A stretch of 63,871 bases of DNA from an archaeon (lineage in GTDB: Archaea > Asgardarchaeota > Thorarchaeia > Thorarchaeales > Thorarchaeaceae), in contig JAJRWI010000025.1 of the NCBI GenBank assembly GCA_024276825.1, forward strand, positions 1 to 63,871, read 5' to 3'. The notes beneath the pieces are model-generated. The model had not been told where the DNA came from and did no database searches. It saw only the letters and a program-made list of their open reading frames with translations. Position numbers and translations under genes: made by a program. Positions 9,725 through 19,504 of the stretch are shown here, in pieces; within the stretch, counting starts at the first letter, position 1, and each line of letters starts with the position of its first letter.

Positions 9725-10939
9725 TTACAATTCAATTAATTCAACATTACCGTCATGATCAATGGACTCGATGATTAGGGGCGAACTCCCACCAGTCATC
9801 TTGTCGAGCTTGAGGTGCTCCTGCATCAAGCCAAGGAAGTCAAGCGGGTTGACACACGCCTCAGGCGGCAGCACACCTTTTTCAGTGATCTTCCCACGCT
9901 TCATCAACACTGCACCGATGGCTGCAGGAATGCCTGTGCCCTCACCCATGGATTGGCCCTTTGATGCGAGTTGAAAGTTGAACTGGTGAGGTCTGCCTTC
10001 AACAATCCCGGTCATCCTGATCTTTAGACATCCACGCTGAATGCCAAAATTGGTATCTTTGAGAATCTTCTCTCGTTGATGGAGAATGTAGGCAATTGCA
10101 AAGTCGAATGGTTTGACAGCCTGCCCTTTCACATTGATGGGCTCTTCACTGACTATGCCAAGGCGAACAATGCCACGAATCACATCATAGTACTCAGTTG
10201 GAATCACGCATCCAAGGTTAGTCACTCTCTTGCATTTGATATAATTCGGAAGAGTTATGGTCTCAGGGTGGGGATAGGGATAGCAACGATAGGTCCCAAG
10301 CAGATGGAAGTCGATGTCCTCTTCAAGGGCCATTCCACTCTCTTCAAAATACTTCACCGTTGTGAACTTTCCGTCAAGGTACATGGGAATGTCTGCAAGT
10401 ATGCTATGAATTCTATGAGCAACAACAGCTGGACCCTCTGTGGGCTCTCCACCATGAGCATGGAGAATATCAATTGCATCCACCTCATCAAGCATATGAT
10501 CGGCACAGAATTTGACCAAGAGGTTGGCAATGCCAGGAGAACTCCCCATTCCAATCAGTGCTGTGATCCCCGCATCTTTAGCATCCTTGTCCATTTCAAG
10601 CAGGAGTCTGGTGGCATCATAGTCGTCGCATACATCAACATAATTGATACTTGACTCAATCACCGCTCTTAGGACAATCGGGCCAAGCTTGTAAAACGGT
10701 CCAGTGCAATTTACTATTATATCAGCACCTTTGATCACTTCTTTTATCAGCTTGGGGTCAGTAGCATCAACTCTTACTGATCTACAGACTTTTGAGCCAA
10801 TCTCATTAGCTCGTTTCTGAGCCTCTTCGTAATTGATGTCGGCAATCACCACTTCATTGAAGTCCCCAAAAGAAACGAGTGTTCTGACAGCGACCGAACC
10901 AACCGTTCCGCTTCCACCGAGAACAACCACACGAGTCAT
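9725..10939 (-). CDS. Saccharopine dehydrogenase-family NAD(P)-dependent oxidoreductase
   Basis: GGSGTVG Rossmann motif, NCTGPFY, YVDVCDD, GMGSSPG, HPE, GVLPPE. Confidence 0.85.
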   Translation of the reverse strand: MTRVVVLGGSGTVGSVAVRTLVSFGDFNEVVIADINYEEAQKRANEIGSKVCRSVRVDATDPKLIKEVIKGADIIVNCTGPFYKLGPIVLRAVIESSINYVDVCDDYDATRLLLEMDKDAKDAGITALIGMGSSPGIANLLVKFCADHMLDEVDAIDILHAHGGEPTEGPAVVAHRIHSILADIPMYLDGKFTTVKYFEESGMALEEDIDFHLLGTYRCYPYPHPETITLPNYIKCKRVTNLGCVIPTEYYDVIRGIVRLGIVSEEPINVKGQAVKPFDFAIAYILHQREKILKDTNFGIQRGCLKIRMTGIVEGRPHQFNFQLASKGQSMGEGTGIPAAIGAVLMKRGKITEKGVLPPEACVNPLDFLGLMQEHLKLDKMTGGSSPLIIESIDHDGNVELIEL

Positions 10940-11165
10940 GATTTGTAGATTAGGATATTTTAAAGATAAAAACGTTGTTTAAAAAGGTCATTTTATTTTG
11001 AATCTAGAAATCTGCAGGTTCAATTGAATGACTAAAGAAATCAATATATCGTTTCTTTAATCAACTTCATCAAACTATTCATACAGATACTTAGGGTTAA
11101 ACTGGTTAATGAGAATTAATAAAACTGAAATAGCGTATGAATCTCATTAATAATTGGCGAGGGTT

Positions 11166-12428
11166 ATGGGCGAATATGAGATACGTGATCCTATTTATGG
11201 ATTCATTACTTTTGATGAATGGGAACGAGAGATTATTTCGCACCCATGGTTTCAACGACTACGCAGAATAAGACAACTTGGTCTTACAGATATGGTTTAT
11301 CCTGGTGCAATGCATACACGGTTCGAACATTCTTTGGGTGTAATGCATCTTGTCACAAAAATGTTTGATTCAATAATGAAGAATGAAGAGAATAGGAAAT
11401 TACTTGAAGACTATTTTCAATATTCGGGTGAAGATTTGAATAGATATAGAAAAATTGTGCGCCTAGCAGGACTTCTTCATGATGTTGGCCATGCACCTTA
11501 TTCACATGTTTCGGAACAGATTATGCCCAAAAACACAAACACGAAGAAACCATTCAAACATGAGGATTATACTAAAGCGATAATAGAAGGACCGATGAAG
11601 AGAGTAATTGAAGCCAATAACCACACAAAACATTTTGATATCTCTACTAAGGATATAACGAATATAATAAGTGGAAATCCAGAAACTCCAGTTGGGCTGT
11701 TGTTTTGGAGAGTAATAATATCAAGTCAACTTGATGCTGATCGATGTGATTATCTATTAAGAGACTCTCATCATACGGGGGTGAAGTATGGGATTTATGA
11801 CCTTGAGAGACTCCTAAACACTTTGAAATTGGGAGTTAATCCTGAGTCAAATGAGTTAGTGTTAGGCATAAAGAAAGGAGGATGGCATGTGGCGGAGTCT
11901 TTAATAATTGCCAGGTATCAGATGTTTACACAAATGTATTTTCATAAAACCAGACGAGCTTATGATTATATGATTCAACAAGCACTTAAGGAATCCATTG
12001 GACTACTGCCTCCACCCTCTTTAATTGAAGATTTTTTGGAACTTGATGATTATTCAGTATGGCATTGTATGAGAATAAAAGGATCAGAGTGGTTTACAAA
12101 TTTGATTAGCCGAAAACATATTCGATTGCTTTATGAAACAAAGGAGATGCCCATAGAAAGTGAAGAAAAAATGATATGTAGATTAAAAGAGTGTTTGAAT
12201 CATGATAATATATGGGTATGGGAAGATAGTCAAGGGATTAGAAAAAATTGGTATAGTGGTGGTGATGATAAAGAAGTGCATATCATAGACAAATTTAACA
12301 ATAGTATGCCACTTTCATATTACTCAACAATTGTCAAAAATATGTATACACCATTTATGAAAATTAGACTTTATGTAAAATATAAAGACGTGAAAAATGC
12401 TATAAAAATTAAAGAGGGGTTAACATGA
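11166..12428 (+). CDS. HD-domain dNTP triphosphohydrolase (SAMHD1/YwfO-like)
   Basis: IRDPIYG, FQRLRRIRQLG, HTRFEHSLG, LLHDVGHAPYSH, LDADRCDYLLRD, YFHK. Confidence 0.9.
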   Translation: MGEYEIRDPIYGFITFDEWEREIISHPWFQRLRRIRQLGLTDMVYPGAMHTRFEHSLGVMHLVTKMFDSIMKNEENRKLLEDYFQYSGEDLNRYRKIVRLAGLLHDVGHAPYSHVSEQIMPKNTNTKKPFKHEDYTKAIIEGPMKRVIEANNHTKHFDISTKDITNIISGNPETPVGLLFWRVIISSQLDADRCDYLLRDSHHTGVKYGIYDLERLLNTLKLGVNPESNELVLGIKKGGWHVAESLIIARYQMFTQMYFHKTRRAYDYMIQQALKESIGLLPPPSLIEDFLELDDYSVWHCMRIKGSEWFTNLISRKHIRLLYETKEMPIESEEKMICRLKECLNHDNIWVWEDSQGIRKNWYSGGDDKEVHIIDKFNNSMPLSYYSTIVKNMYTPFMKIRLYVKYKDVKNAIKIKEGLT

Positions 12429-12967
12429 ACTGGTTGTTGGAAGAAGCAGAGATAATTTCCTTATTTGTGAGAAAAATCTCAGAAAAAAATCCAGAACACC
12501 AAATCGGAAAAACTATAATTCAGAAAATGATGTATCTATTTGAAATCGAATACAATAATAAATATGAAGATCAAAAGCAGTACGATTTTGATTATACACT
12601 ATATCATTATGGACCGTATTCTTTCGAAATTAATCAAGCCCTAAATATGGCTAAGAACATGAAGTTCGTTTCTATCACATGGAACCCAGAAAAAGGGTAT
12701 TTCATTAAGCCTCGAACTATCAATATTGAAAATCAAATTAACGAGAACATGGATCAAATAGAAGAAATTGTCGAAGATTTAGTAAATGGATATGGCTCAT
12801 ATTATGCAAGAGAACTATCAATAATTGCGACAGCAATTTATGTAAAACAGCATAATACTGATATTCATGATGATGATCTTGTAGAAATTGTAGCTGCATT
12901 AAAACCAAAATATAACGTACAAAGTATAAGGCGGATATTAATTGATGCAAATATTATAAATCATTGA
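12425..12967 (+). CDS. YwgA/SocA-like winged-helix protein, translationally coupled to the HD gene
   Basis: GKTIIQKMMYL...YTLYHYGPYSFEI motif; 4-bp overlap with upstream gene. Confidence 0.65.
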   Translation: MNWLLEEAEIISLFVRKISEKNPEHQIGKTIIQKMMYLFEIEYNNKYEDQKQYDFDYTLYHYGPYSFEINQALNMAKNMKFVSITWNPEKGYFIKPRTINIENQINENMDQIEEIVEDLVNGYGSYYARELSIIATAIYVKQHNTDIHDDDLVEIVAALKPKYNVQSIRRILIDANIINH

Positions 12968-13099
12968 TTAGCTGTAAATGAGCAAACATTCACAGAAAAG
13001 ATATCTAATAACACATATCATTTTTCAATCTAGAGTATTCAAAAAATGGATTATTTAAATAATTCCATATACACCCAAATGTTCTTGCACATAAAGGCC

Positions 13100-14008
13100 A
13101 TGAGAAACAATAATGACAGGCATCAGTTTGCATGTATGATTTGTGGTGATGAGTTGGTGTATGACACTAAATCTAATGACTACGAATGTATGTATTGTCA
13201 TGAGGTTCAGCAATCACAGATATACTGTCCAAATGGTCATTTTGTGTGTGATGAGTGTCATTCATCCGATGCTATTGGGCTCTTGCAGATGATGTTGGTA
13301 CATGAGACTGAGACCAATCCAATAGAGATTGTAGAGAAGGCATTTGTTCATCAGTCATTCAGCTTTCATGGTCCTGAACATCACAGTTTCGTTCCTACAG
13401 CGATTCTTATAGCTCTAAAGAACAGAAACGTTGCAAGATCAGATGGAGAATCAATCACTGATGAGATCATTCTTGAGGGAATTCGGAGAGGTTCAAAGAT
13501 ACCAGGTGGATTCTGCGGTTATGCTGAGGCATGTGGTGCGTGTGTTGGTGTGGGAGTTGCCATTGCGTTGTTCACAGGATCAACTCCCAAAAAGTGATTT
13601 GAACGAAGGATTGATCATGAGGCCACAGTCACTGCTCTTGCAATGCCACAGGATGGATTGATCAGATGCTGCAAGAGGGCCACTTTCTATGGACTGATGG
13701 CCGCTCATGAGATTTTGGAGTATGAGTTTGATGTTGATCTTGGAATTGATGTTGAGAGCGTGACCTGTAAAAACTCCCATCGCAACCGTTCATTGTAAGT
13801 TGGACATTCTTGGACATCAGAGTCCAGTCCTTCCTAGAACGGCACAGGACTGCTTTTCTCTTGTATGTGTCACACAATTCAAGCTCCTACATTTTTCAAG
13901 GGTTCTATCAAACATTTATTTGAAGAGTGTCCAAGTTTGTCCCATTTCTCAGCATCTGTGCGCAACCCTGATTGTGCTGGAAATGACTGTCATTTTTACT
14001 CTGCATAG
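13100..14008 (+). pseudogene. DUF5714-type Cys-rich protein interrupted by an in-frame TGA (13595-13597) and a 180-bp insertion (13787-13966)
   Basis: CMICG, CMYC, CPNGHFVCDECH, HGPEHH, GGFCG..ACG; read-through gives RCCKR; removing the insert restores ...CKNSHRNPDCAGNDCHFYSA*. Confidence 0.8.
13787..13966. mobile_element. ~180-bp non-autonomous element, copy 1
   Basis: Near-identical to 61300-61484; interrupts a coding frame precisely; sub-terminal inverted repeats TTGGACATTCTTGGACA / TGTCCAAGTTTGTCCCA. Confidence 0.8.
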
Positions 14009-14104
14009 AGTGAGTTCTGAAAGGTGTGTCTTGGATTGTTAAGGGTGACTCCATTTTTAATTTCTGAAAAGGTTTAATTAGTGCTTGGATAACCAGTATC
14101 ATTT

Positions 14105-15670
14105 ATGGCATCTGCATTCAGACAGATTCTTATTGAAAAGGACAAATTGCTTCCACTCAGCATTCCAGTATTGTGCACAGGGGGACTCTGGATATTTCAC
14201 TATTGGTTTGATTTTCTGGTCGCATCGAATGTGGGGGCGAACAACAGTTTCATCATCTGGCATATTATGCCACTGGCTCTTGGTGGACTGATTTATGTCC
14301 GACTCCGACAGAAGAGCCCATTCAAGGTGGCAGGATTATCCACAATCTTCACATTGACGTTGATGGGAATCTCAACAATTGTTGTAGACAGGACATTGGC
14401 ACAAATATTGCTTGTCATAATTGGATCATCTGCAATGATTGGAGCATCTTCAATACTTGTTCTTGTGACGGATCTGCTGGACAGGGTGGAAATCAGAGGA
14501 ACCTTGTATAGCAGTGTGCATGTAGTTGTTGCTGTTCTACTGGCCCTAGCTGTATTGCTGTCCATCTGGTTTGCATATGGGGGACTGTTGTTCTATCTGG
14601 CCATTGTGGTGGCAGTGGGTTATGCTCTGCTAAGGTCAAATAAGGATGTAGTGAACTATCCAGCAAGAGAGTCAATAGGCATAAGGCACCTTGCGGGCGA
14701 CAGAGAGTATATCCCCGTTTATATTGCTGCCTTGTTTCAGGGATTTTTCTACTCATCAATATATTATGCAATTGTGGACTATCTTGAGGTCCGTACAGCA
14801 ATAGAGTCAATGAGGGTCCTCTTAATAGTTGAACTCAGCGTGGTCATGATTATTATTGCGGTCCCATTGGGGATTCTGCTGGACCGGGTTGGTAGAAAGG
14901 TGATTGTTCTTGCAGGGCTATATCTTCAAGGGATTGCATTGTTCTTAATTGCATTGATGCCAGATGCTCTCATAACATTCAATTTAGTGATTACTATAAT
15001 AATTCCAATTCTAGCCATTGGTGTCATTGGGGGAATATTCATCGCATTCTTGCTGTTTGTGGAGTTGGCACCAGAGTTTGGGAAAAGGGGCTTTGTGGGT
15101 CTGTTCATGACAGCCTCTGGAACTGGTATGAGCTTGGGCCTTATAGTCACCAACAGTCTTCAAGAACTGACTGCATCAAGTCCCATGGCGTTTCCAATCA
15201 CGCTCCTTCTAATCTACTTCACTCTGACATTGGTGATTGCACAACTTAGAGAACCATTACCATCAAAGTCTGAGCGGGAGTGGAAGAAGAAGATTCATGA
15301 CCTTATTATCATCAGTTCAGGAGGACTGCCAATATTCCATCATCAGTTTCAGCAGGGAGCCATTCAAGTTGACTCATCATTAGCAAGTGGTGCTTTGACT
15401 GGAATTGAAGGCATTCTCTCAGAAATAACGAGAGAGAGGGGATTTGTGAAGATCATCAAACAAGAGGATTTCTGCATAATGTTAGAACACGGAAAATCGG
15501 TGACACTGGCACTCCTTGCTGATGAAGAACTGCCAATCTTACGAAAAATGATGCAGATATTTCTAGAGGAGTTTCAAGCATTCTTTGGTGAGCTGATTGA
15601 AATGTGGGAGGGAGATGTTATTGTCTTCTCGCCCACAGAGAGAATCATTCAGAAGGTGTTTGGTATCTGA
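14105..15670 (+). CDS. MFS transporter fused to a C-terminal longin-like domain
   Basis: About 12 TM segments with MFS motif GILLDRVGRK; soluble tail LIIISSGGLPIF...DSSLASGALTGI...LEHGK...WEGD..F typical of Asgard longin-like domains. Confidence 0.7.
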   Translation: MASAFRQILIEKDKLLPLSIPVLCTGGLWIFHYWFDFLVASNVGANNSFIIWHIMPLALGGLIYVRLRQKSPFKVAGLSTIFTLTLMGISTIVVDRTLAQILLVIIGSSAMIGASSILVLVTDLLDRVEIRGTLYSSVHVVVAVLLALAVLLSIWFAYGGLLFYLAIVVAVGYALLRSNKDVVNYPARESIGIRHLAGDREYIPVYIAALFQGFFYSSIYYAIVDYLEVRTAIESMRVLLIVELSVVMIIIAVPLGILLDRVGRKVIVLAGLYLQGIALFLIALMPDALITFNLVITIIIPILAIGVIGGIFIAFLLFVELAPEFGKRGFVGLFMTASGTGMSLGLIVTNSLQELTASSPMAFPITLLLIYFTLTLVIAQLREPLPSKSEREWKKKIHDLIIISSGGLPIFHHQFQQGAIQVDSSLASGALTGIEGILSEITRERGFVKIIKQEDFCIMLEHGKSVTLALLADEELPILRKMMQIFLEEFQAFFGELIEMWEGDVIVFSPTERIIQKVFGI

Positions 15671-15678
15671 CTCATTGG

Positions 15679-16416
15679 TCATTCTAGAGTGATGCGATCG
15701 CCCACATGAAGTTCGACATGGTCAGTCGCAGAACCATTCTTTGCAGACATCTCCAGAGTGCCCGAACTCCCCGCAACCAAGAACACATCATCATCTGGAC
15801 CAAGTTCATAGGTCTCATAGAATGATAAGATGCGTCTAGCATGCTCGGACTTCAGTTCGTATTGACTCTTGTCAAGGGGAGGGATGTTAGTTATTATATT
15901 TCCAAAATGATCGATTCGCACCACTTCACCCGAGCGGCCATCTAGGAAAAATCTTAAGTCGACATCAAAGTCATCCTTTCTCTTGCCAAGAGTGTTGGTA
16001 TCGTCACCCCTATCTATCATGGCACCAATTCTTGCAAATACATCTCTTCCGTGAAATGTCTTAGAAACTGGATCTTGTATTTGAATGCTCAAGATGTCCT
16101 TGACGCCAGCACTTGTTGATGCGGGGACCATAAGACCATTGTCAGGGCCTACGAAGACATAGTCATCCGTTCTGACAATGATTGCATCTCTGTCTGTCCC
16201 AACTCCAGGATCAACCACACAGACAAAGACTGTGCCTCTTGGAAAGAACTTGTAGCTCTGCAACAAGACCCAAGCACCTTCACGGATGCATTGCGGTGAG
16301 ATATGATGTGTAAGGTCAACCACCGTGGCATTTTCATGAAGGGAGTAGATCACGCCCTTCATCATTCCAACATACTCAGACTCTCCGAAGTCAGTCAGCA
16401 GAGCTATCATCGCCAT
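15679..16416 (-). CDS. SAM hydroxide adenosyltransferase (DUF62, chlorinase/fluorinase family)
   Basis: LLTDFG, VVDPGVGTDR, GPDNG, TFHGRDVF, IDHFGNIITN. Confidence 0.92.
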   Translation of the reverse strand: MAMIALLTDFGESEYVGMMKGVIYSLHENATVVDLTHHISPQCIREGAWVLLQSYKFFPRGTVFVCVVDPGVGTDRDAIIVRTDDYVFVGPDNGLMVPASTSAGVKDILSIQIQDPVSKTFHGRDVFARIGAMIDRGDDTNTLGKRKDDFDVDLRFFLDGRSGEVVRIDHFGNIITNIPPLDKSQYELKSEHARRILSFYETYELGPDDDVFLVAGSSGTLEMSAKNGSATDHVELHVGDRITLE

Positions 16417-16480
16417 CCCTTCTGATCCATAGAGATAGATAACAGGCAAGTTGATAAAATCAGTTGTGTTATATTATCAA

Positions 16481-17065
16481 ATGATACCTGCGAGATTGTT
16501 AGTGTTCGGGGGACTAGTTTTGCTCATTCTTGCAGTACCATCAAATGCTGGGACCAGCACTATACCAAACCATGTCACAAGTCAGACAACACCAGTCAGG
16601 GTCATTTCATTTAATCTTACTGCAGTATTGGATGTGCCAGACCTGTTCCTCGAGGTTCATTATGAGTGGAACTTCACCGGCGATGAGAGATTGACTAGGG
16701 CGACATTATACCTCTCACTGGACAACTCCACATTCTTGGTTGGGCAGCAACACGAGTACAATCAAAGTGCTCTACAATCAAATGGGTCCGCAATGTTTTG
16801 GCTGGCCAACTCAATTGGAGACCCATTACCCTTTGATGTTCAGGTGGGCCAGACATTATATGGTTATGTGGAGTTTGCGACCACTGAGAATATATATCAA
16901 TCAGAGGTCTACCTACAAGAGATTCCATTGAGTCTTGAGAGACCACTTATCTTCAAGATTCCAGGAGTGGTGATTATAGCAGGAGGAGTGTTCCTGACCT
17001 TCCTGCCTTTAATAATCGTGGCTTTCCTTTATATTCGAAGGCGCTCTCAATCTATTCAACCTTGA
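16481..17065 (+). CDS. Hypothetical secreted, C-terminally membrane-anchored protein
   Basis: Signal-like N-terminus, beta-rich core with N-x-S/T sequons, C-terminal TM followed by RRR. Confidence 0.6.
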   Translation: MIPARLLVFGGLVLLILAVPSNAGTSTIPNHVTSQTTPVRVISFNLTAVLDVPDLFLEVHYEWNFTGDERLTRATLYLSLDNSTFLVGQQHEYNQSALQSNGSAMFWLANSIGDPLPFDVQVGQTLYGYVEFATTENIYQSEVYLQEIPLSLERPLIFKIPGVVIIAGGVFLTFLPLIIVAFLYIRRRSQSIQP

Positions 17066-18185
17066 TAAGACGTATTTCATTGTAGTCAGTGATGACGCGA
17101 ATATAGCCCCGGAGCATCTCATCCACTGAGGGGTTTCCCGTGTCGACCTTAAGAGTTCTACTAGAGATGTCCCTAAGCTTTGAAGGAGTGGCAATAACAA
17201 GAATGTGCTCTTTGCCAACTCTCTTGATTATCTCTGGGCTTATCTGCTGGTTTCCACGACCGAATATCATCCCTTGATGACCTATCGGAGACACAACAAT
17301 CCAAGCTTTGTTAAAATCGGGTATCAGCTCGAGAATTCTGGCTTCATTGACATCATTGTGCATCTGTCCATCGATGAACAGATCAACACCCAGAGTGGTC
17401 TTTTTCAGTCCAAGCAGGTCAGTGACTGCCTTTACGGTGGTGCCAGGTCCGAAGATGTATGCGGTATTAGAGTCCATTTCATCAATTATGTAGCGTGCAA
17501 TCGCCTCTTGAGCCTCATGTTCATCAATGGTTTCAGGACTTGCCTGTTTGGCACCTTGGAACCTAGCAGGCACTGCGGGACCCTTGAGGTATCCATAGAG
17601 CCTGATGATGAACCGGTCCTCGCGAAATGCCTCCTCATCAGCATCCATGATCTCAAACTCGGCAGGGGATGTTGAGCCCTCAGCAATCAGTCTTATGACA
17701 TCAGCAGCATCAGGCGGGTTCACAACGAATATCCCTGAATACATCTTCACTCCAGAGGGGACCCCGATCACCATAAGGTCGTCAAGCCCGTGTTCATTTA
17801 CAGCATCGAGAATATCACGAGCAGTCCCATCTCCCCCCACAAAGACAAGTATTCTCACTCCTGCATCATAGAGGGCCTTCACACATCTGCGGGTGTCATT
17901 AGCGTTCGTAATGGCGCCTAACTTCACAGAAACTATCTCTGCATTCATTCCCAGTTCATTAATGATGTCTGCACCCATGACAGAAGGGCATGTTAGCAAC
18001 TCCAGATCGTACATATGTCTTGCAGTCATCAAGTTGAGAAGCGCCTCCAAAAACTCTCGGGCCCTCTGCGGAGCAACTGGCTCCGCACCTCTTCGGATGG
18101 CTTCATCAACCACACCATCTGTGCCTTTCAGACCCACTCGTCCACCCATTCCCGCTACTGGATTTATCAGAAACCCGATCTTCAT
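17052..18185 (-). CDS. ATP-NAD/AcoX kinase family protein
   Basis: NPVAGMGGRVGLKGTDG, GGDGTARD, GVPSGVKMYSG, GRGNQQ, VDTG. Confidence 0.88.
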   Translation of the reverse strand: MKIGFLINPVAGMGGRVGLKGTDGVVDEAIRRGAEPVAPQRAREFLEALLNLMTARHMYDLELLTCPSVMGADIINELGMNAEIVSVKLGAITNANDTRRCVKALYDAGVRILVFVGGDGTARDILDAVNEHGLDDLMVIGVPSGVKMYSGIFVVNPPDAADVIRLIAEGSTSPAEFEIMDADEEAFREDRFIIRLYGYLKGPAVPARFQGAKQASPETIDEHEAQEAIARYIIDEMDSNTAYIFGPGTTVKAVTDLLGLKKTTLGVDLFIDGQMHNDVNEARILELIPDFNKAWIVVSPIGHQGMIFGRGNQQISPEIIKRVGKEHILVIATPSKLRDISSRTLKVDTGNPSVDEMLRGYIRVITDYNEIRLIKVE

Positions 18186-18309
18186 TGAGTTCACATCCCC
18201 ATCAGCTGAATCGCAACGATTTGGCTAAAGAACTTGCGATTAATGAGCGATGATGTCATTTAGCATTGTAAGGTTTCGTTATAGAGATAATGTAAGTGGA
18301 GTGATGTTT

Positions 18310-18906
18310 TCAGTCATTTCTCTTTAATCTGAGAGCACCTACAGCTGCAGCAGACATGAACCAGAAGCTCACTCTCACTAGGAGTTCTTCAAGAAATCGG
18401 GGTCTATCATTGGGTGTGGCCTCTTCTGGCCACCGATTGCGTCGATAGTCGTCGAATTTCTCAAATGTCTTACCCCATTTGGTCGTTAGTGGAATATCCA
18501 CAAAATGGTCGCAGACAGTATTGATTGAACGCACAAGTGTGACAAAATCAAGCTTCATACGGAGTAGCAAGTCTTTCATCCCCTTAAACAGGGGACGATT
18601 GTTTAGGAACTCCCAATCAATGCTCTTCAGCGCTTCTCGATTAACAGCATTCATGCGGGGCTTGTTGAATTTGCACTCCGAGTCATAGGTACAACGGGCG
18701 CGCACCCACAACTCCTTCTTTGTGAAGAGTACGACAATCACATGATCTCCCTTGGACCTCATCTTTTCCTTGTGATTGCCAGCGGGAAATGACACCTCCA
18801 GAGCACTAGGGCCTTTATACTTGGGATGATTCTTGAAGTAGAGTTTCAGAGCTAGAGATAATGCAGGTAAAAGATTGACACCATAGTGCTCATCTGGATC
18901 GGTCAT
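18310..18906 (-). CDS. Hypothetical protein downstream of the Rab-like GTPase
   Basis: 198-aa ORF with GAGGAG upstream, co-oriented; no recognised motif. Confidence 0.7.
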   Translation of the reverse strand: MTDPDEHYGVNLLPALSLALKLYFKNHPKYKGPSALEVSFPAGNHKEKMRSKGDHVIVVLFTKKELWVRARCTYDSECKFNKPRMNAVNREALKSIDWEFLNNRPLFKGMKDLLLRMKLDFVTLVRSINTVCDHFVDIPLTTKWGKTFEKFDDYRRNRWPEEATPNDRPRFLEELLVRVSFWFMSAAAVGALRLKRND

Positions 18907-18967
18907 TTATGGGATCAATTCTCCTCGCAATTCGTCCCAAGGAATATGAAGTATAAGTTGTTGATCA

Positions 18968-19504
18968 TTATGTATTCTGGCGGTATTTCACAAGAGTCTT
19001 GGCGAGCTCGGCAAAGATGTCAACAATACCCTCGCCAGTCTTTGCAGATGACTCAACATAGGGCATGTTATGATTCTTTGCAAACTCATAACCTTCAGCA
19101 GGATCTACAACGCGGTCAGGCAAGTCAGTCTTGTTTGCAACAAGTACGAGTGGGATGTCCTTATTAATCGCCTTTCTCAGCTCTTCAAGCCATTCTTCAA
19201 GAACAATGAATGTTCGCCTTCGACTTACATCATAGACAAGTATTCCGCCACTAGCACCACGATAATACATGGGTCGCAGGATTTGAAACCGAGACTGACC
19301 TGCAACATCCCAGATCTGTAATTTGACCGTGGTTCGAGACCCATCATCTTCAGTGATATCGATACTCTTGACAGCAAACTGCGAACCAATAGTGGTCTTA
19401 TAGTCAGTACGGAAGAATCCATGACTGAAACGGGTGACTATTGCGGTCTTTCCAACAGCACCCTCCCCTAATACAACAATCTTGAAGAGCAGGTCGTACG
19501 CCAT
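18968..19504 (-). CDS. Rab-like small GTPase
   Basis: G1 GEGAVGKT, G2 TIG, G3 WDVAGQ, G4 NKTD, G5 SSAK; RabF-like IGSQF, KLQIW, RFQIL, YYRGA, LVYDV. Confidence 0.95.
   Translation of the reverse strand: MAYDLLFKIVVLGEGAVGKTAIVTRFSHGFFRTDYKTTIGSQFAVKSIDITEDDGSRTTVKLQIWDVAGQSRFQILRPMYYRGASGGILVYDVSRRRTFIVLEEWLEELRKAINKDIPLVLVANKTDLPDRVVDPAEGYEFAKNHNMPYVESSAKTGEGIVDIFAELAKTLVKYRQNT

Noticed and set aside
13595-13597. In-frame TGA as selenocysteine in the Cys-rich DUF5714 gene
   Set aside because: The position (TPKK*FER) is outside the Cys motifs and fits a GGA>TGA change; the gene is independently disrupted by an insertion; no SECIS-like hairpin recognised
13787-13966. Repeat as integron attC site, group II intron end or CRISPR repeat
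   Set aside because: GTT/AAC ends do not fit GTTRRRY with a long pairing stem; sequence after GTGCG is not conserved between copies beyond a few bases; no regular spacer periodicity
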